From: a virus
Strand: one strand, 5' to 3'
Virus record (IMG/VR): IMGVR_UViG_3300024346_006511
Location: 1-64,000 of that record
Length of the DNA: 64,000 nucleotides
The translations under genes and the position numbers were made by a program. Shown here piece after piece: positions 57,239 through 64,000 of this stretch; within the stretch, counting starts at the first letter, position 1; each line of letters begins with the position of its first letter. Below the pieces are notes generated by a model. The model did not search any database, was not told where the DNA came from, and saw only the letters and a list, made by a program, of their open reading frames with translations.

Positions 57239-57547
57239 TTATGCTTCTTTAATAACTGCTAAAATTTCTCTATCTTGCGCTACGTAGTACTCATCTCCTT
57301 CGAAATCAATACGTAATGTACCGATTTTAGGAACTAGTACAACATCTCCTACTTTGCAGGATCTAACACTAATAATTTTACTTGGATCTAATTCGGACTG
57401 TCTTCCAGGACCGACGGCAAGTACTTCACCCATTTCAGGCTTCTCTTTACCCATATCGGGGATAACTATATTTCCGTAAGTTTGTTCTCCTTCGTCTATT
57501 GGTTTGAGGAGAATCCTATCATTTGTTGGTAATAACTGTTTTGACAT
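57239..57547 (-). CDS. groS: Co-chaperonin GroES
   Basis: P.NDRILLK, IVIPD..KEKP..GEVLAVGPG. Confidence 0.95.
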   Translation of the reverse strand: MSKQLLPTNDRILLKPIDEGEQTYGNIVIPDMGKEKPEMGEVLAVGPGRQSELDPSKIISVRSCKVGDVVLVPKIGTLRIDFEGDEYYVAQDREILAVIKEA

Positions 57548-57615
57548 ATGTAACTTTGTTTATTTATATTAATATAAGAATAAAAATTGGAAGAACAAAC
57601 CCAGAGCTGGTTTAT

Positions 57616-58035
57616 TTAGCTAATTTTCAAAGTTCTTGGCTCTGATCCTTTAGCAAAAGGGATAATAACTTGCAATAGTCCATTTTTAAACTCAGCTGTT
57701 GCTTTGCCTAAATTAAACTGACTATCTATTTTCCAACCTAAGTTAAATGATCTTTTAGCAATACCTCTATGGATATATTCGCCTAAGTCATCTTCTTTTG
57801 GTTTATCGTAATTTACTCTGATTATATTACCCTCAACGAGAATTTGGATATCATCCTTAGAAATTCCGGTACAAGCAATGTCTAGTCCTAGACCGTTGTC
57901 TCTTTCGTAAATATCTACTGGGTGGGGTAATTTGGAATCTGCTAAAGGTTGATACCTGTTAGCTGTTTGCAGGAAGTTCCTGACTAAGATGTCGAACGGA
58001 TTACGCTCATATATTACATTTCTTAATGTACTCAT
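57616..58035 (-). CDS. Small heat-shock protein Hsp20
   Basis: PVDIY, YIHRGIAKRSF, FKNGLL. Confidence 0.92.
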   Translation of the reverse strand: MSTLRNVIYERNPFDILVRNFLQTANRYQPLADSKLPHPVDIYERDNGLGLDIACTGISKDDIQILVEGNIIRVNYDKPKEDDLGEYIHRGIAKRSFNLGWKIDSQFNLGKATAEFKNGLLQVIIPFAKGSEPRTLKIS

Positions 58036-58109
58036 ATCATTTGTATTTGTGATGCCCTAAGGTCATCGGTTAATTAAAATTTAAAGCGCTCTGGGCTGCC
58101 TTCCATTTG

Positions 58110-58640
58110 TTATAAATATCGTTGTTTTTTCTTTTTCTGTTCTTGTCTAAGTCTCTTGCTTAGATCTGGTTTAAAAATTAAATCGTAAGGTACTTTACCT
58201 TCATAGTATATATCCTCATAAAATGAGATTGGTATATTTAATTTTTTTGATAGCCATTCTATTTTTTCATCTAAGTACTTTATTTTATCAACATAAAACT
58301 CTAAAGGGTATTTAGGTTCTATAGTTCCTGCTTGCCATTTCAAATGATCTCCTTGTTTTAGGTATTTCATTCCGTGTAGCGCTTGCCAAGATTCTGCTTG
58401 AGCAATTTTATCTTTACGTTGTAGTAAAATAATATTACTAAACCGCTTACTAAAATCTACTATATCATCTAACGTATAATCAACAGTTTTGAAAGGTATT
58501 AATTTAATACATTTAGCCTTCTTTAAATGTTTTATCTCTCTTGGTTCACTAATGAACTTAAAGTCATAATTTTTACTTAATTCGTTACCGAGATAAGTAC
58601 TGCCAGTTCTAGGACCTGATATGATAAGTATACCTTCCAT
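58110..58640 (-). CDS. Sulfotransferase-like protein (Stf0-like)
   Basis: GPRTGSTYL, EP, LLQRKD..AQAES, FYED. Confidence 0.7.
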   Translation of the reverse strand: MEGILIISGPRTGSTYLGNELSKNYDFKFISEPREIKHLKKAKCIKLIPFKTVDYTLDDIVDFSKRFSNIILLQRKDKIAQAESWQALHGMKYLKQGDHLKWQAGTIEPKYPLEFYVDKIKYLDEKIEWLSKKLNIPISFYEDIYYEGKVPYDLIFKPDLSKRLRQEQKKKKQRYL

Positions 58641-61027
58641 TAATGTCCTTCTGACCAGTTATTAGCTATCTCTGGAGGTGCTTTTAAAGTTACTCCAGGT
58701 AGTTTAGTCGTATTCTCCATAATCTCTTGAACGTAAGGAGCAAACATTGCAGCATCTTTCTCAGCTACGTTAATTATCAATTGATCATGAACCTGTGCTT
58801 GACATACAGCATCGATACCTAGCTCTTTAGCTTTACGGTTGATAACAAGAGCAGCTCTATTTACTACTGCTGCTGCTAATGACTGCAATTGAAAGTTTAA
58901 ACAGTTGTTAAGTCCGTTACGGTAATCTCTATAGGCTTGAGTAACTTGATCTCTAGCAGATATCATTTTACCAGTCTTTGGATTAGTCTTAGTAGGTATC
59001 TGAGTTTCTAGTTGCTTTCTATATCTCCAGTCCATCATACGGTCCCCAACTTGCTCATAGATACGTTTAACTTTAGGTAAGTGACGTACACGTCCTACAT
59101 AGTTTTCTATCTTACCGTAAGCCTTAACCATTTCTCTTGATCTTTCTCTCCATGCTGCTAGTTCAGGAAAACCATCTAAGTAACCTTTTATAAGTCCTTC
59201 AGCAGTCTTTTGATCTACATCTAAAGTCATCTTAAGAGCATATGCTTCCATACCGTATGCAATACCTAATGAGTATGCTTTAGCTTTATTACGAGCAACT
59301 GGTTCTAACTTCTTAAGGTAGTTATCAGCTTTTTTATCAGCTGAGACTCCGTTAGGGAATCTATCTCTTTGATCGTTTAGCTTCTCAGTTTTTATAGCTA
59401 CAGTAGAATAGAAGTCCCATCCTTTATTAAAGATCTCTTGAAGAGCTTTATCTCCTGTAACACTAGCAAAGCAGTGAGGTTCTAGAGATTCGTAATCCGC
59501 ATCAATAACCTTTCTACCAGGTCCGGCAATTAAGAACTCTCTAACTATATTTACATACTTCATGATTACAGGAGCATCTTCTCCTTCTTCTAGGGGCTTC
59601 GGTAACTGTTGAGCATCAGAACCATATCGACCAGATACAGTACCATTTTGTTTAAAGTAGAAATAATATCTACCGTCTTCCTGACGGTCTCTAAACCTGT
59701 CTACGTAAGTAGATTTGATCTTAAGTAACTTATTATATATACGTAAATTCTCAGCCCAAGGGTACGTCTTTGCTAGCTCTTCTACCATAGACATATCAAA
59801 TTTATCTCTACCAGATTTAGTATTCGCTCCTGATACTTTAGGTTTAATACCCATGTATTTAAACACAATCTCACCTAAGTGTTTCTTAGACTGTATATTA
59901 AGGTATTCACCATCATTAGACTCTTTCCATAGCGACATAGATATTCTAGCTCTTTCTACTTCGTCGATTAACTCTAGATCACCGGTAAGTAAGAACTCCT
60001 TAATCTTAGAGTCTTCTAGTTCCTCTATATTCTTTTGAGTAAGAGAGTATTTACCAGTTTTCTCGCTTTTAGGTAAAGGAAGAGAGTAACGTTGTACTAG
60101 TCTCTGAGCGAAGTTACCTTTATGAGAAGGAGGGTAAGCATCTGTAGCAGTATCTACTATCCATGCTTTTACTTCTGATACTTCTAATAAAGATTTCATA
60201 ACAATCTCTTTATTCTTTGCTTGATCTTCTGTAATCTCTTTATGAATTCTATCAATCAGTTCTACATCTAAGTCTACTCCTTTCGCTTCCATAGGAACTG
60301 TTACCTCCCTATAGATTGGCATTACTTCGTCTTCGAAGAAGAACTTCTCCAAGCCTTCCTTTCGTAACTTATCCAAATATAAATTGCAAATACGAAGGGT
60401 GAGATCAGTATCAGCACTAGCATATCTGCTAAGAATGTCAAGATCTGCTTTATATATTTCGTATAACTCTTTTGTAACTGATCCTCCATTTTTTTTAATG
60501 CTTTCTTTTAGTATTACTTGTTCTTCGTTAGCAGCTTTTTCTACATCAAGCCCTAACTCCTTTTGGTTCATAATTGCAATAGACTTAAGCCCAAAGGGAT
60601 TACCAAAACCAAATGCACCTTCTTCGTACACAGTATGTACTAGAAGTCCTGTATCGACCCAAACATCGGGAAGTAAATCTACACCAAAGTAGTTCTTTAT
60701 AAACTGAACATCAAAGGAAGCATTGTGAAATACTAGTTTCTTACCTTTAAGAAGTTTAAGTAAATTTTTACTAATAACTTCAGTAGATTGATCGTTAATA
60801 GTCTGAAGTACTAATTCGTTTTTCTCATAGTCAAATACTAATGTAGGTAAGTAGAAACCTATACCTTCGTCACCAGATACTGACCAACCAATAATCTTAT
60901 TCTTACGAGGATTAAGACCGGTAGTTTCCGTATCGACTGCGATAACGTCTGAGTCTATAATATGTTGATGTAATAGTTTAAGAGTCTTTTCATCTTGGAC
61001 CGTGTAATACTTTTTTTCTAATTGCAT
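58640..61027 (-). CDS. polA: DNA polymerase family A (3'-5' exonuclease plus polymerase)
   Basis: DTETTG, HNASFD, YASAD; DYESLE, RNKAKAYSLGIAYG, QVHDQ. Confidence 0.95.
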   Translation of the reverse strand: MQLEKKYYTVQDEKTLKLLHQHIIDSDVIAVDTETTGLNPRKNKIIGWSVSGDEGIGFYLPTLVFDYEKNELVLQTINDQSTEVISKNLLKLLKGKKLVFHNASFDVQFIKNYFGVDLLPDVWVDTGLLVHTVYEEGAFGFGNPFGLKSIAIMNQKELGLDVEKAANEEQVILKESIKKNGGSVTKELYEIYKADLDILSRYASADTDLTLRICNLYLDKLRKEGLEKFFFEDEVMPIYREVTVPMEAKGVDLDVELIDRIHKEITEDQAKNKEIVMKSLLEVSEVKAWIVDTATDAYPPSHKGNFAQRLVQRYSLPLPKSEKTGKYSLTQKNIEELEDSKIKEFLLTGDLELIDEVERARISMSLWKESNDGEYLNIQSKKHLGEIVFKYMGIKPKVSGANTKSGRDKFDMSMVEELAKTYPWAENLRIYNKLLKIKSTYVDRFRDRQEDGRYYFYFKQNGTVSGRYGSDAQQLPKPLEEGEDAPVIMKYVNIVREFLIAGPGRKVIDADYESLEPHCFASVTGDKALQEIFNKGWDFYSTVAIKTEKLNDQRDRFPNGVSADKKADNYLKKLEPVARNKAKAYSLGIAYGMEAYALKMTLDVDQKTAEGLIKGYLDGFPELAAWRERSREMVKAYGKIENYVGRVRHLPKVKRIYEQVGDRMMDWRYRKQLETQIPTKTNPKTGKMISARDQVTQAYRDYRNGLNNCLNFQLQSLAAAVVNRAALVINRKAKELGIDAVCQAQVHDQLIINVAEKDAAMFAPYVQEIMENTTKLPGVTLKAPPEIANNWSEGH

Positions 61028-61040
61028 ATATAACCTTTTA

Positions 61041-61475
61041 TTAATTTCGTTGTAAGTTAAGAACAGGAGTATCTCCTATCTGTTTATAGTAATCTTGAAG
61101 CATAGCTTCTTCTAAGCCTTTCTGATAATTAATATAGAAAGAATAATCCAATAAAGTATACTGTTGCTTAGGAGTTTTTAAAACATAGAAGAAGACCTTC
61201 TTATATTTCCTTTTAATCTCATCTCTAATTCTATCATTCCCTGAATTAGATATACATTTATACTGTGTATTGATTCGATGAAAAACATTAGCTGATTGAC
61301 CAATTTTAAGAATCTCACCTTCTTCAGAGACTACTAAATATACACCAGGTTGTTTTTTATAATCGTCTTTATCTAAATTAAAGCTGACATCTACACCCTG
61401 CTTTAATCTATCGCTAACAAATAAGTCAGCAACTTTAACAAATCCTTTTTTACCCCAATATTTAATATTGTTCAT
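61041..61475 (-). CDS. GIY-YIG-like nuclease
   Basis: PGVYLV...ILKIGQS...RI...LE...P.LN. Confidence 0.6.
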   Translation of the reverse strand: MNNIKYWGKKGFVKVADLFVSDRLKQGVDVSFNLDKDDYKKQPGVYLVVSEEGEILKIGQSANVFHRINTQYKCISNSGNDRIRDEIKRKYKKVFFYVLKTPKQQYTLLDYSFYINYQKGLEEAMLQDYYKQIGDTPVLNLQRN

Positions 61476-61535
61476 AACCTTTATTTTACTAATTATTTAT
61501 ACATAAATATAAGAAAAATTATACAGGGAGGCAAC

Positions 61536-62114
61536 TTATTTACTAGAAAGTTCCTTAAGAATTTTTTCTGAATCTATCTTGATTTTATGTTCTATTTCTA
61601 ATTGAGCTATTACTCTAGTTTTCATTTGAACATCACCATTGAAGAAATTCCAAATTAAAGAAGTACGAAGTTTTCTTATATCTCCTTGAACTGATTTACA
61701 GCTCAATTCAAACAATTGCTCATCTTCTTCTTCTACCTCGAAAGGAATATCTTTTTCAGAAGCATAAGAAATAAGTCCTATTAAGTCATTACTTTCATAG
61801 CAACTTTTTAAATTATTAAACTCCTCTTCAGTTCCACCTCTATCTGGATGAGCAATTTTAGAAGCCGAACGATATAGTTTCTTTACTTTAGATGCTTTCT
61901 CTTTCGACTTCTTTTTTTCTTCTTCACCGGGAGGTTTATCTCGCATCTCTCCAGTTTCTTGATTAACCCACATTTCAGTTTTAATGTTATTGAAGTACTT
62001 TCCGAATATCTCTTTCCACTCTACTTCTTGTGAGTCATACTCTTCTTGAGTATCCTCTAATTCAAGTTGTAAGTATTGGTATTTAAGTGAGTACTTCTTT
62101 AACAGTCTGGACAT
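61536..62114 (-). CDS. J-domain protein
   Basis: KKLYR...IAHPDRGG..EEF. Confidence 0.75.
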   Translation of the reverse strand: MSRLLKKYSLKYQYLQLELEDTQEEYDSQEVEWKEIFGKYFNNIKTEMWVNQETGEMRDKPPGEEEKKKSKEKASKVKKLYRSASKIAHPDRGGTEEEFNNLKSCYESNDLIGLISYASEKDIPFEVEEEDEQLFELSCKSVQGDIRKLRTSLIWNFFNGDVQMKTRVIAQLEIEHKIKIDSEKILKELSSK

Positions 62115-62374
62115 TAGTATTCCCCGTATAGGTCAAATTTCATTGGTTCTTTTTCTTCGATCTCAACTTCATGTGTTTTGATAGCATAGAGTTTACCCTC
62201 TAATGGAGCTAATCTATACTCACCTTTGAACTTAGTTGCTCTCATATACATCGTCAGTGCCATAACCAATCCTTCAACAACAGTTGATTGATCTCTTTCC
62301 AGAATCCAATTATCTCCGGGAGCTTTTCTCTTAGCAATTAGCTCTCTTTCTTCTTCGATTATAATATCAGCCAT
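62114..62374 (-). CDS. Hypothetical protein
   Basis: ORF track. Confidence 0.65.
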   Translation of the reverse strand: MADIIIEEERELIAKRKAPGDNWILERDQSTVVEGLVMALTMYMRATKFKGEYRLAPLEGKLYAIKTHEVEIEEKEPMKFDLYGEY

Positions 62375-62375
62375 A

Positions 62376-63287
62376 TTACTGTCTTAAAGTTTTTTCTATT
62401 CTGTAATCAGTATTAGTGAAAAAATCAGGAATAAACCTTGAATGAGTAGCTCTAATAGGGTTAATATCTAATCCTCCTCTTCTAGTATATAAACAAGATA
62501 CCATTAAATCTTCTGGTTGATATGCATCTGTTAAATGTTTAAATACCATTTCACAAATCTCTTCATGGAAGTGACTTACAGTTCTATGAGATACAATATA
62601 CTTCGCTACTGATTCAGGAGAAGGAATATTCTTTCCTTTCATTCTAATAAAGACATCTCCCCAGTCTGGTTGATTAGTTACTCTACAATTAGATCTTAAT
62701 AGGTTAGATCTTAACTTTACTTCTTTAGCCTCTTCTGATACAGTTTCTATTTCTAATTGAGAAGCATCTGAAGAGAAAGCAGTGAAGTCTATTTGATCTA
62801 AATCTGCAATCTCAGCTAAATCTTGATAACCTTCAAAAGATAATGCTTTACCGTCTTCTGAATCTGTGTAAAAACTTACTGTTGTATCTGTTTCAAGTAA
62901 CTTATCTAAATCACTTTTTACCTTCTCTTCAATCTGTATAATACAATCCACAGAAGTAGCTCCTAATCTAGTCATATTAAAAGAATTTAAGTATAACTTA
63001 ATAGATTTAGATTCTACGTGATATTGAGAGTTTGAAGGACATACAATTTTTAACATTCCTGCAACAGGTAAGCCTTTATCTGTAATTGCTGATACTTCAT
63101 AACAGTTCCAAGTATCTACTCCTACAAAGTCCTTATCAGTTAATCCATAGCCTTCTCTATTCAAATAGCGAGGTACTTTAACTAATAGCTCTGGTGCGTA
63201 GGTATCTTTATACCCGTCTCCACCTACTTTTCCTAAATGTTTAGACGCAATGTCTACTACTTCTTGATAATTTTTAACTTCTGCCAT
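62376..63287 (-). CDS. queF: 7-cyano-7-deazaguanine reductase (bimodular QueF)
   Basis: D.W..YE.S, VESKSIKLYLNSFN, SNC.VT.QPDWG, FHEE, YTRRGGLDINP; start moved to MAEVKNY. Confidence 0.92.
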   Translation of the reverse strand: MAEVKNYQEVVDIASKHLGKVGGDGYKDTYAPELLVKVPRYLNREGYGLTDKDFVGVDTWNCYEVSAITDKGLPVAGMLKIVCPSNSQYHVESKSIKLYLNSFNMTRLGATSVDCIIQIEEKVKSDLDKLLETDTTVSFYTDSEDGKALSFEGYQDLAEIADLDQIDFTAFSSDASQLEIETVSEEAKEVKLRSNLLRSNCRVTNQPDWGDVFIRMKGKNIPSPESVAKYIVSHRTVSHFHEEICEMVFKHLTDAYQPEDLMVSCLYTRRGGLDINPIRATHSRFIPDFFTNTDYRIEKTLRQ

Positions 63288-63288
63288 A

Positions 63289-63654
63289 TTAACCTTTAAA
63301 TAATTGTTTTTTACCACCCTCATAAACATAAGCGTGTCCGTTTTCTATTAATAAATCATTAAGAGATTTTTCTTCTCCTTTGATGAATATTTCTGCAAGT
63401 ACTCTACCGTACTTACCTTTACCGTAAGATTGTATTTCAAACTTACCATCATTCATCTCTAAATATTTTTTCGTAAAATCAGAAGCAAGAAGACCTTTAG
63501 CTTTTTCTTCTAAGTTTCTTGTTCTCTTTTCCCAGGTATCTACACCTTTAAATCTAAGTCTTGCTTTAACCCAAGTACTGAATCCTAAGTCGATCATAAC
63601 ATCTGCTGTGTCACCATCAACTACTCTTAATAATTTTGCTCCGTATCTAAACAT
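63289..63654 (-). CDS. Thermonuclease (SNase-like)
   Basis: VVDGDT, RLR..GVDT.E, GKYGRVLA, G.A..Y. Confidence 0.9.
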   Translation of the reverse strand: MFRYGAKLLRVVDGDTADVMIDLGFSTWVKARLRFKGVDTWEKRTRNLEEKAKGLLASDFTKKYLEMNDGKFEIQSYGKGKYGRVLAEIFIKGEEKSLNDLLIENGHAYVYEGGKKQLFKG

Positions 63655-64000
63655 TTATAAAATCTAAAATTTGTTCTACCCTTTGCATAGGGGAACCAGT
63701 TATCGTCAAATAAGGTTGACGTACACCTTCAAGAACAGCTTTAAACTCACTATCTATTTCCTTTCTCCATTGTTCATCTACACTTCTAACTCCATCGTCT
63801 ACTGAATCGAATTCAATAGGGAAATAAACATAATGAGTATATTCGCTCTTTATTCTATTCCAAGTATCTTCTATATAATCGTTCGTATATGTAGTTACTC
63901 CTTTCATAAATCTAGAGTAAACTAAAACATCCATATAACATCTATCTAATACTAAGTTATAAGGTTGAAGTAAAGCTTCCAAATGAAAACTACTAATAGC
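63647..64000 (-). CDS. P-loop kinase (AAA_28/NadR-like), partial
   Basis: DRCYMDVLVYS, DDGVR, G....RV; N-terminus outside window. Confidence 0.65.
   Translation of the reverse strand, partial: AISSFHLEALLQPYNLVLDRCYMDVLVYSRFMKGVTTYTNDYIEDTWNRIKSEYTHYVYFPIEFDSVDDGVRSVDEQWRKEIDSEFKAVLEGVRQPYLTITGSPMQRVEQILDFINV

Noticed and set aside
56656-60692. Plus-strand ORFs inside groEL and polA, and similar antisense ORFs elsewhere
   Set aside because: Antisense shadows of conserved genes
58640-61027. Intein or intron in polA
   Set aside because: Continuous ORF of ordinary length with no splicing motifs
1-64000. Stop-codon reassignment (TAG/TGA recoding)
   Set aside because: Standard code gives full-length conserved genes and dense packing; TAG and TGA both end genes cleanly; no suppressor tRNA seen

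Overview
AT-rich, gene-dense segment of a large dsDNA tailed phage (jumbo-like), almost entirely encoded on the minus strand except a short plus-strand block at ~900-2441. The host is most likely Bacteroidota (Flavobacteriia-like), based on about 20 copies of a TTG-N~20-TAnnTT promoter, an Hc1-type histone-like protein, a T9SS-tail-like domain and DUF6734/DUF6580-like genes. No capsid, terminase or integrase genes were recognised here. Contents in order: (1) 1-21.6 kb, small accessory ORFs in promoter-delimited cassettes, tRNA-Arg(UCU), a RadA-like ATPase, 2OG-Fe(II) oxygenases and SGNH-like proteins; (2) 21.8-36.9 kb, a glycan cluster (GT2/GT4, NeuA/NeuB, sialyltransferase-like, APS kinase, sulfotransferase, pyruvyl- and methyltransferase); (3) 37-41.5 kb, a nuclease, DUF1599 and a lysis cassette; (4) 41.4-46.7 kb, an envelope-targeted operon (CsgG-like, cohesin/dockerin-like, lipoprotein, OM beta-barrel); (5) 48.3-49.7 kb, an ATP-grasp-like/Hint fusion; (6) 52-58 kb, apt, MTA/SAH nucleosidase, an unannotated ~110-nt ncRNA, Hc1, nadE, groEL/groES and hsp20; (7) 58.6-64 kb, polA, a GIY-YIG-like protein, a J-domain protein, queF and a thermonuclease. 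All family calls are by-eye motif recognition; no searches were run.
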